Source: a virus (Duplodnaviria > Heunggongvirae > Uroviricota > Caudoviricetes). Taken from it: a stretch of DNA of 64,000 nt. This document shows positions 39,205 through 48,003 of this stretch, in pieces. A model generated the notes under the pieces. It searched no databases. It saw nothing but the letters and a program-made list of their open reading frames with translations, and had not been told where the DNA came from. Made by a program: the position numbers and the translations under genes. The stretch covers positions 131,284 through 195,283 of the IMG/VR virus record IMGVR_UViG_3300042484_003148, one strand, 5' to 3'. Position 1 is the stretch's first letter. Each line of letters begins with the position of its first letter.

Positions 39205-39855
39205 TTACTTCGTAAAACTAGTATCATAAAATACACCACCACCTATATCACTAATTCCTGATTCTTGGTAAGCTAGATTAGGAACTAAACAAAAACTATT
39301 ACCTCTACGTTGAATAACTTCTCTTAGAACCATGTCTAATGGTTTTTCATTCTTCTCTAATTCAGTTAGTAACTTTTGAAATACACTAGAGTTAATACCA
39401 AAACAATGACAAGCATTTGCTTCTCTAACAATACCTACAACATTATTATAATATTTAAATGGTACTAAATGAGTGCAACCAAAATAAAATAAATCATAAG
39501 TAAACGGCATATTTATTTTTAATGTTGAAAATACATCAAAATAATTTTCTTTAAACCTTAAATCATCTTCACAAATTAAAATAGATTTGTATTTCTTCTT
39601 AATAGCTTCTTTAAGAATATTTATAACCGTAAGATTTAAAGCATAAGAATTTTTATTAAATCTTAAATATGTTTTTTGGTCATCAGTAAAAACAGGTACA
39701 CCATTCTCACCTTCAACTAAAGTTTCACCATCTACGGCACTAACTCTAGTAAACTCAAAATCAAACTGTTCAGTTAACTGGTTAATACCTGCTAGTCTAT
39801 CAGTCCTTCTATCTAAATTAATTAGATATGTTTTGTCAAATATTGTATTTATCAT
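39205..39855 (-). CDS. glycosyltransferase family 25 (LPS/LOS glycosyltransferase-like)
   Basis: 216 aa. N-terminus KTYLINLDRRTDRLAGINQLTEQFDFEFTRVSAVDG is a typical GT25 signature. It is the last gene of the tail-fiber operon. Confidence 0.55.
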   Translation of the reverse strand: MINTIFDKTYLINLDRRTDRLAGINQLTEQFDFEFTRVSAVDGETLVEGENGVPVFTDDQKTYLRFNKNSYALNLTVINILKEAIKKKYKSILICEDDLRFKENYFDVFSTLKINMPFTYDLFYFGCTHLVPFKYYNNVVGIVREANACHCFGINSSVFQKLLTELEKNEKPLDMVLREVIQRRGNSFCLVPNLAYQESGISDIGGGVFYDTSFTK

Positions 39856-39872
39856 AAAAGTAAATTTAAGTT

Positions 39873-41864
39873 TTATATATAAGTTTCAATTGAAGCATAA
39901 ACAGGTGTTGTACCACCAGTAAATGTTAAACCAACTAATTGGTTTGTTTCATCTAAACCTATAAAGTTTTTATTATTAATATCTATATTAGTTATCGTTA
40001 TATTTGGTCTTAATGGTGATGCTTTATAACCATCATAGGCTAAACATGTTTTAATATTAGTATATATTTTAGTTGTAAAATCAGGTGTGTTAAAATTAAT
40101 ATTTTGAGTACCTGGTGCAAATGTACAATTTGTCAAACCAACATTCCAAGCTAACATTCTAATATTTTTACACCTTTCACCAAAAGAACAATTAGTTATT
40201 TGTCCAACATTTAAATATGTACTAATATTTTCACAACCTGATTTATATGTACTGTAATCAGAAAATAAATAAGGTGTTGCTCCTGTTGTGTTACTTATAC
40301 CCAAATTCAAACAGTTATCTAAATTATTGTAACTACCGTATAAATTAATATTATTAGAATTTTTAATAATGTTATTTGTATTAGTACCATAAGTTGTTGT
40401 ATTTCCTGTTGTACCGATATTTATGTACGTTGAATTAGATACATCATGATAAGAACCACCAATAACTGAATTAACAACATTAGTTAATAATAAGTTATTA
40501 CTTGTACTAAAAACTTTACTGTAATAAAATTTATTTATAATATTATTTGTACACCCCCCTTGAAAAATTGAATATCGCACGTCAAAGAAAGTAGAATCAG
40601 AATTACTTAAAATGTTATTAAATTGTGAACGAGATATAACTGTACCGTTACTCCCTCCACCAACTAAAATATTATTACTATAAGTTATTTCAGTATTATT
40701 AAACGCTCCATCCACAAAAGTACTATTAGCCACGTTAGCTAATGTAATATTACTAAAAGTACCATTAATAATATTAAAATTATTAATATCATTAATTTTA
40801 AAATTTGTTAATGAACCTTTAAATAAAGTTACATCTGTTACACTATCTGAAAAATATCCATTTTGACAAAAACTACTCCACAAAACAATATTAGGTTTGT
40901 GTGTGTAATTAGTTGATGTATAGTCATAAAAAGGTCTCCAACCGTTATAACTATAAAAACTATCTATTTCAATATTTTTATATTGTGTTGATGAATTATT
41001 ATTTTCACTATATGTTAAACCAAAAGTAAAACCTGATGTAACCCCTGTCATTGTATTACCGCTAATATATGTTGACGCTGAAGTAATAACAGGATATAAT
41101 AAAATATCAGCCTTAACAGTTGTACCGTAATTAGTGGAACCTGTTTTTGTTAAATATATATCTGAATCAATTATACAAACTGAATTATCAGTTGTTGGCG
41201 GTGTACTAGCACCAACGTTTTTAGAGTAAACATACAACTTACCATTGTACCATACATAATCACCGGTTCCACCTGTTACAGCAGGGTTATATTGATTATA
41301 ATTTACTTTATCAACAGGATACCTAAACATAATATGAGTTCTAAAATCATACCCCCTTACCTTAATATTTCTTACTGTATCATGCCTATAATAAATATAC
41401 CCATTTCTTCTATAAACTTCAGTTCCATTAGGTAAAAGAAAACCGTTATTACTAAAATCATAATAAATTATATCTTGTGGGTAATCTTTACTGTAAACTT
41501 GTGTATGAAAACTATAATCATCAACAGCTAATAATAATAACGTTTCTGTTTGTCCTGTATATACAATATTTGTATTATTAATACTATCAATAGTGTTATG
41601 ATTTAATTCATAATACATTCCAGATATTAAATCACCGGCTAATGCTAAACTCAATAAAGAATTGTAAGTATTACCTGTAACAATATTACTTTTATTAATA
41701 ACCGTACTAAAGGAACCACCACCTATTTTATTATAGGTTATAACAGTACGTGCTACCGAATCAACAGTACTTACTGATTCAATAACCTCATCAACTAACC
41801 CATTATATTTAATTGCCCAAGCACCAACCTTATCAGCACCCTCAACAACTTTAAAATCACTCAT
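39873..41864 (-). CDS. tail fiber / tailspike protein with beta-helix repeats
   Basis: 663 aa with repeated N-x-T/S-x-I/V beta-helix-like segments (TNCTFAPGTQNINFNT, ISRSQFNNILSNSD). Confidence 0.5.
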   Translation of the reverse strand: MSDFKVVEGADKVGAWAIKYNGLVDEVIESVSTVDSVARTVITYNKIGGGSFSTVINKSNIVTGNTYNSLLSLALAGDLISGMYYELNHNTIDSINNTNIVYTGQTETLLLLAVDDYSFHTQVYSKDYPQDIIYYDFSNNGFLLPNGTEVYRRNGYIYYRHDTVRNIKVRGYDFRTHIMFRYPVDKVNYNQYNPAVTGGTGDYVWYNGKLYVYSKNVGASTPPTTDNSVCIIDSDIYLTKTGSTNYGTTVKADILLYPVITSASTYISGNTMTGVTSGFTFGLTYSENNNSSTQYKNIEIDSFYSYNGWRPFYDYTSTNYTHKPNIVLWSSFCQNGYFSDSVTDVTLFKGSLTNFKINDINNFNIINGTFSNITLANVANSTFVDGAFNNTEITYSNNILVGGGSNGTVISRSQFNNILSNSDSTFFDVRYSIFQGGCTNNIINKFYYSKVFSTSNNLLLTNVVNSVIGGSYHDVSNSTYINIGTTGNTTTYGTNTNNIIKNSNNINLYGSYNNLDNCLNLGISNTTGATPYLFSDYSTYKSGCENISTYLNVGQITNCSFGERCKNIRMLAWNVGLTNCTFAPGTQNINFNTPDFTTKIYTNIKTCLAYDGYKASPLRPNITITNIDINNKNFIGLDETNQLVGLTFTGGTTPVYASIETYI

Positions 41865-41874
41865 ATATATTTAG

Positions 41875-42615
41875 TTAAATTATTTTTGTATTAGTTCTTA
41901 ACCTATTATAAGCTTTAGTAACTGTAAAGTCTTTTTCACTTAATATATAAGCTCTCAAATTTATTTTTGTTGTAATTACATAATACCTATCAGCATTTCT
42001 ATCTCCAGTTGTGCCATCATCACTAAATTCAACATCTCTTAACATTCTAAAATAATGACCATTAACTGTTATGTAATATTCTAAACCTTTAAATTTATCT
42101 AATATATGTTCAATAAATGTATTGGTGTCTTGAATATACCTACTAACAAAACTTACTTTATATTCAATATCCAAAGCACTAGGTTCTGGTATTTTATACA
42201 AATCATATCCGTACAAACCATTTTCAAATGTTGGTTTCTTATAATACAAATAATTTTTTACTGGTGTGTTATACCTACCCTCATAATAAGTCCCTTTCTG
42301 TATTCTACCTCTTTCAATTAAAATATATGGTGGTACAACATTCTTATCACCATCATTATATTCCCAAGTCTTAGCAAAATCACCCCACCTTTCATTTGTT
42401 AAATAAATAACAGGTATTTGTTTATTATCAATGGTCATAGCAAACTCACCAGTCTGAAATACATCCATCACACCACCCTCTATATCTTCCATATAAATCG
42501 GTTGCGGTAAATCCGTACTATACTGACTGTACTCATCAACAATTTCAGCAGTTCTACCAGGACCACCTTTTTGTAATGAAATATCTATATTATTTTTTAA
42601 CCTCTTTTTTAACAT
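41875..42615 (-). CDS. hypothetical tail-associated protein
   Basis: 246-aa ORF in the tail-fiber operon. Confidence 0.4.
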   Translation of the reverse strand: MLKKRLKNNIDISLQKGGPGRTAEIVDEYSQYSTDLPQPIYMEDIEGGVMDVFQTGEFAMTIDNKQIPVIYLTNERWGDFAKTWEYNDGDKNVVPPYILIERGRIQKGTYYEGRYNTPVKNYLYYKKPTFENGLYGYDLYKIPEPSALDIEYKVSFVSRYIQDTNTFIEHILDKFKGLEYYITVNGHYFRMLRDVEFSDDGTTGDRNADRYYVITTKINLRAYILSEKDFTVTKAYNRLRTNTKII

Positions 42616-42618
42616 AAT

Positions 42619-43362
42619 TTAAACAATTACTGTATATTTACCATCCACATTAATATAATCTTTATTTTTATCAGTATTATATTTTTGTGTCGGTACAAAG
42701 TCTGCATTGTTTTGAATACTAACTAACTCATTTGGATTCTTATACTCATCTAACATGAAATAATCAGACGAATCAAAAGACCATAAATCACTTGTATTAT
42801 CCAACAATACTTTAATATAAATATCATTATTTTTTGTTTTAAAAAACTTAAGTTCACCATTCTTTGCATTGAATAACCTAACTCTTAAATACAATGAACT
42901 ATAATTTGTGTTCTTCGGTAAAAACAACATTAAATCACTTAATGTAAATGATAATAAATCTATTAGTTTACCAGAAGTATCAACCAAAGACCTAAAATAT
43001 TTTCGATAACTATAAACTAATCTGTTTAACCTAGGGTCAGTTGTTTCGTAAAACTCTAACAAATAAAAACTTTTTAAAAATTTATCACTACCACTTCTAA
43101 CCTCTTGTTCAGTAAACATATTAGTTAAATATGTGTTAAAAATTGTACCACCTGTTGTTAAACAAGATAAGTTGATTTGATATGTTATTGATGGGTCAAA
43201 AACTGTGACTTCTGTATCTCTAATTGGATTAGTATTTTGTTTTAATGTCTCTAATTCAAAAACACCTAATAAGTTATTATTCTCAACAACTATGTCATTT
43301 GATATGTTTATATCAATATATGAATCAGAATTAGTTGTTTGTTTAACCTTATAGAACTCCAT
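42619..43362 (-). CDS. hypothetical tail-associated protein
   Basis: 247-aa ORF, first gene of the minus-strand operon; late-like motif upstream. Confidence 0.4.
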   Translation of the reverse strand: MEFYKVKQTTNSDSYIDINISNDIVVENNNLLGVFELETLKQNTNPIRDTEVTVFDPSITYQINLSCLTTGGTIFNTYLTNMFTEQEVRSGSDKFLKSFYLLEFYETTDPRLNRLVYSYRKYFRSLVDTSGKLIDLLSFTLSDLMLFLPKNTNYSSLYLRVRLFNAKNGELKFFKTKNNDIYIKVLLDNTSDLWSFDSSDYFMLDEYKNPNELVSIQNNADFVPTQKYNTDKNKDYINVDGKYTVIV

Positions 43363-43427
43363 GTGTTTTTATGTAAATAGATAAAAACTATTATTTACTA
43401 TTTATTTGTAAAAGTTAATAATTTTTT

Positions 43428-45122
43428 ATGGCTGATATAACAATTTTACCAAAAACCAAACAAGAACTACAAGAAGAGTGGTTGAAATGCGCTCTTGATT
43501 TTGAATATTTTGCTGAGACTTATCTTAAAGTTGAAGATAAAAAAAAAGGTGGGTGGTTTCCTTTTAAATTAATGCCACATCAAAAAGATGTTTTTGAATT
43601 ATATGAAAATAATGAATTAGCTATAACTAATAAATATAGACAATCAGGTATTACCACCTTTACTTGTGCTTATTATACATGGAAAATGTGTTTCAATAAA
43701 AATATAAGAATTGCAGTAATCGGTTCAAACTTAGAACATGCTAAAACTGAACTATTAAAACGTATATCAGATAATATTGAAGGTTTACCTGATTTTTTAC
43801 GTATAGAAACAATAATAGATTCACAAAAATATAAAACATATAAAAATGGTGGTGAAATAATCGCTAAAGCAGCTCAAGGAAATGCACTCAGGGGGACGAG
43901 TCCGAATCATATCATCCTAGATGAATTAGCACATTATGAGGACCTTGATAGTTTTTGGGAATCATCAAAATCAGCTTTTTCTATGGGGGGGTGTGTGAGA
44001 ATCATAAGTACCCCTTTAGGGTCAAGTAACATATTTTTTCAACTTTTTGATTTAGCTAAACAAGGTAAAAGTAGTTTTAAACCTATCGAATTAAAATGGT
44101 ATCATGATATACGATTAAATACTGACCTTAAATGGGTTTCTGGGTCAGATGAAATTATTGAGTACAATAAAGATAAACAAAAAGAATTAATTTTAAAAGG
44201 TTATAAACCTACATCTACATGGTATGAAAAAGAATGTGCAGGGTTTAATTATGATAAAAAGAAAATTGCACAAGAATTAGAAGGCGAATTCCTAGGTTCA
44301 GGTAATAGTTTTATAGATGAAGAATACATTAACCAACAGGAATTAGAAAACGTCTCAAAACCTATGTATTATGAACATAGTGATAAAAACTTTTGGATAT
44401 GGAAATATCCTTTAAATAGTGAACAAAAATTTATATTTGGTGTTGATGTTTCGTTAGGTACAGCAGAAGACTATAGTACTATTACTGTAATGGATATGTT
44501 TAATTTAGAAATGTATGCTGAATATAGAGGTAAAATACCACCAGATTTACTTGCTGATGTTGTTTACAAATTCGCAAACATATTCAATCATGCTTATGTT
44601 TGTGTTGATATAACAGGTGGTTATGGTGTTGCAACAGTACAAAAATTAATTAATGAATATAGTTATAAAAATTTACATTACACTGAAATTAAAGATAGAT
44701 ATATAAAAGATAGACTAGAAGGTGAAGCTAATGGTGATTTACGACCAGGTTTAACTATTGGGAAAAATCGCATGGAAATATTAGAATGTATGGCTAAAGC
44801 ATTCAGAAGTGGTGAATTAATTATTAGGTCATCTAGATTAATTGATGAATTAAAAGGTTTTAAAGATGTGGGTGGGAAACCTGACCATAAAAGAGGTGGT
44901 ACATCTGATTTAATTTTTTCATTAGCTATTGCATTATATGTTGGTGATAATAGTGGAACTACCATACTTAAAGCACTTGAAAGAACTAAATCTATGGTTT
45001 CATCATGGGTTGTTGTAAACTATAATAATGAAGATTTTGCTAGAGAACAAATTAAATTTGAAGAAAATTTAAAAAATAACGAAAATAATAATAAAATCCC
45101 TAGTTTATTTTATTTTAATTGA
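43428..45122 (+). CDS. terminase large subunit
   Basis: 564 aa. P-loop-like RQSGITT, Walker B IILDELAH, and a C-terminal RNaseH-like nuclease motif FGVDVSLGTAEDYSTITVMD. Confidence 0.75.
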   Translation: MADITILPKTKQELQEEWLKCALDFEYFAETYLKVEDKKKGGWFPFKLMPHQKDVFELYENNELAITNKYRQSGITTFTCAYYTWKMCFNKNIRIAVIGSNLEHAKTELLKRISDNIEGLPDFLRIETIIDSQKYKTYKNGGEIIAKAAQGNALRGTSPNHIILDELAHYEDLDSFWESSKSAFSMGGCVRIISTPLGSSNIFFQLFDLAKQGKSSFKPIELKWYHDIRLNTDLKWVSGSDEIIEYNKDKQKELILKGYKPTSTWYEKECAGFNYDKKKIAQELEGEFLGSGNSFIDEEYINQQELENVSKPMYYEHSDKNFWIWKYPLNSEQKFIFGVDVSLGTAEDYSTITVMDMFNLEMYAEYRGKIPPDLLADVVYKFANIFNHAYVCVDITGGYGVATVQKLINEYSYKNLHYTEIKDRYIKDRLEGEANGDLRPGLTIGKNRMEILECMAKAFRSGELIIRSSRLIDELKGFKDVGGKPDHKRGGTSDLIFSLAIALYVGDNSGTTILKALERTKSMVSSWVVVNYNNEDFAREQIKFEENLKNNENNNKIPSLFYFN

Positions 45123-45156
45123 TTACATTTGCATCGTAAATTTAAAACAAATAAAA

Positions 45157-47949
45157 ATGGCTAAAAAGTATTTTACTCCAGAACAAGTTAATCATATTAT
45201 TGATTGTTACGAAAATAAAAATTATTCTATTAAAAATATAGCTGTGGAATACAGATGTGACCCTGGTACTATTACTAGGGTCTTAAATGAAAATGACGTA
45301 AAAATTAAAGATTATAGGATACCATTTACGCCTGAACAAGAAGAGTATATTAAAATACAATATAACAATGGTAAAAGTACAGTCAAATTAGGTGAAGAAT
45401 TTGGTTGTTCAGCTAAAGCTATTGGGTCTTTCTTGAAAAGAAATGAAATAGTTGTAACTAAATCAACATTATTGTGTGATGAAGATATATCTAACATTAT
45501 TTTAGATTACATTGAAAATTCACTTACTTTAGAAGTTATTTCCGCAAAATATAATATTGCTAAAAGAAGACTTTCAGATATTTTACAAGAAAAGGGTATT
45601 GAAACAAAAAATAAATTATATAAAACATTTTCAGAAGAAGATGTTAAAGAGATTATCAAAATGTACACTATCGGATTTATTAGTTTAAAGAAGATAGGTG
45701 AAAAATATAATTGCGATAAAAGTGTTATTAGTAATCTTCTAAAGAAAAACAAGATTGAAATATATGATAGAAACCTTAAACACCATTTAATTGACGATGA
45801 AACCGTTTGTAATGAACATATTAACGGTTTATCAATAAATGATTTAAGTAAAAAATATGGTTGTTCTGACACAGTTATTACTAGAATTTTACAAAAAAAT
45901 AACATTGAAACTATTAATCATAGATTTTATAATTTTTCTAAAGAACAAGTTGATGAATTAATTAGGTTATACACAACTGAACTTAAACCAACATCTGAGT
46001 TATCTGTTTTATTTGACTGTACTGTTGATAGAGTTAATAAGATTTTACATGATAATAATGTATCTTTAATTAAACAAGCAGCAAATAAAATAACTTTCTC
46101 TACTGAAGATATTGATAAAATAAAAAGTTTACACAAAACAATGTCTAACAAAGAAATAGGTAGTTTATTTAATTGTAGTCCTGATACAATCAGACGACTT
46201 CTAAATAAGGAAGGTGTTAATACAAGTAAAAATTATCAAACCGAACAAAGTGTCATTGATAATATTGTTATTGATTATTCAATAAATAAACTTAGTACTA
46301 GAACATTATCTGAAAAATATAATTTCTCTCAAACGTATATTAGTAAGGTTTTAAAAGAAAATAATGTTGAAGCTAATTTAAGATATATAATTTCAGTTTC
46401 TTCTGATGAAGAGAAAGAAATTATTAGAAAACATGTTGAAGATAGAAAAACTTTAACTGAGATTAGTAATGAATATGGCATTAATATTAAATTTTTAAGT
46501 GAAAATATCTTTAAAAAGAATAATATTAATATTCAACTTAAAAAACCTGCTCAAGAGAAATTAAATATTGAACAAATATTAACCGAACTAAAAACAGGTA
46601 AAGGTATTTCAACTATCGCTAGAGAGAATAATTGTTCTTTCGGTACTATAAACTCAATAGCTATTAGTAATGGAATTAAAACAACAAATGAATTAACAGA
46701 TGTTTTTACTAATGAGTTGATTCTTAAAAAAGAAAATAGAAGATTTGTATTTGATAATTATCAAACTAAATTTGTTATTGAAAAATACACTAATGGTGCA
46801 ACAATAAAACAAATTAGTAATTTCCTTAAAGTTGACTATACTACAATCCACAGGGTACTTGTAAATAACAATATAAAGGTTCAACATAAATTATTAAAAA
46901 CATTTACTGAACAAGTTGAAGAAGATATCTGTTCAGAATACGTTGATAATAACAAAACTATGTTAGAAATTGGCAAACTATACAATGTGTCACAATCAGT
47001 TATTAGAAAAGTTCTAATAAAACACAACGTAGAAATTACCAATAATTATTATTCATCGGTTAACGAAAATAAAATTCGTTATATTCTTGGTTATTTTATT
47101 CCAACTATTCACAAGAAATCAGATTGTGATAATATTTTGCAAGCTAAGGAAATAGACATTATTGATTATACCAAAAAGATTGGTATAGAATATAACGGAA
47201 CATATTTTCATAGAAGCGAGAATAAATCCGAAACTTATCATATTGATAAAACAAAAGAAGCTTCGTCTGCCGGTTATAAACTGTATCATGTTTTTGATGA
47301 TGAATATGTACATGATTCTGTTAAAATAATAAACCGACTTTTGAAGTTATTTAAAACAGGTTTGTATATTACTGAAGATACTTATGATGAACTAGAAGAA
47401 TGTTTCTTCAGCAATACTAGTTACGATGAAATTTACATTGAAGGTTTAGTTAAAACCAAACTACCACTTTCTGAATGTACGATAACTAAAGTTGAACCAA
47501 CTAAACAATATTATCAGTTTTACACTGCGTTTGGTTTATTGAAATCTTACGATGAAACTATTAATAATGTCAATTACAATATTGAACATAAAGAATACGG
47601 TTTAATTGGTTATATTAGTATTAATAAAACAACCAATACTGTTGAAAATTTATTCATTGAAGATGATTATGTAATTACAGGTTTAAACAAAAGAATCTTT
47701 GATTTATATTTAAATGAATTTAAACCAACTGAGTTATTTATTGAAATTGACAGAAGATACGCTTCAGAGCCAGAGAATTTATCTGGTTTATCATTTGAGT
47801 TAATTAACGAAACAGAACCTAGAATTCATTATTTTAAGAATTATTCAAGATATATCGCAACTAATGAAACTAATTTAGAATTGGATTCTGATGTTGAGTG
47901 GAACATTATTCACGATTGTGGGACTTGGAAATATAAATTGATTAAATAA
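45157..47949 (+). CDS. modular endonuclease: 12 tandem helix-turn-helix repeats plus C-terminal DUF559/Vsr-like PD-(D/E)XK nuclease domain
   Basis: 930 aa. Twelve repeats of about 50 aa with consensus F(S/T)xE(Q/D)(V/I)xxIIxxY....S...I...Y.CS..TI.R.L..NNI. C-terminus DIIDYTKKIGIEYNGTYFH...YKLYHVFDDEYV aligns to the DUF559/Vsr-like motif (DF....IE.DG..H...L...G..V.RF...EV). Confidence 0.7.
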   Translation: MAKKYFTPEQVNHIIDCYENKNYSIKNIAVEYRCDPGTITRVLNENDVKIKDYRIPFTPEQEEYIKIQYNNGKSTVKLGEEFGCSAKAIGSFLKRNEIVVTKSTLLCDEDISNIILDYIENSLTLEVISAKYNIAKRRLSDILQEKGIETKNKLYKTFSEEDVKEIIKMYTIGFISLKKIGEKYNCDKSVISNLLKKNKIEIYDRNLKHHLIDDETVCNEHINGLSINDLSKKYGCSDTVITRILQKNNIETINHRFYNFSKEQVDELIRLYTTELKPTSELSVLFDCTVDRVNKILHDNNVSLIKQAANKITFSTEDIDKIKSLHKTMSNKEIGSLFNCSPDTIRRLLNKEGVNTSKNYQTEQSVIDNIVIDYSINKLSTRTLSEKYNFSQTYISKVLKENNVEANLRYIISVSSDEEKEIIRKHVEDRKTLTEISNEYGINIKFLSENIFKKNNINIQLKKPAQEKLNIEQILTELKTGKGISTIARENNCSFGTINSIAISNGIKTTNELTDVFTNELILKKENRRFVFDNYQTKFVIEKYTNGATIKQISNFLKVDYTTIHRVLVNNNIKVQHKLLKTFTEQVEEDICSEYVDNNKTMLEIGKLYNVSQSVIRKVLIKHNVEITNNYYSSVNENKIRYILGYFIPTIHKKSDCDNILQAKEIDIIDYTKKIGIEYNGTYFHRSENKSETYHIDKTKEASSAGYKLYHVFDDEYVHDSVKIINRLLKLFKTGLYITEDTYDELEECFFSNTSYDEIYIEGLVKTKLPLSECTITKVEPTKQYYQFYTAFGLLKSYDETINNVNYNIEHKEYGLIGYISINKTTNTVENLFIEDDYVITGLNKRIFDLYLNEFKPTELFIEIDRRYASEPENLSGLSFELINETEPRIHYFKNYSRYIATNETNLELDSDVEWNIIHDCGTWKYKLIK

Positions 47950-48003
47950 TATTAAGGTAATTAAACATAAAAGTTGTAAGACTATTTACAATAAACGACT
48001 TTT

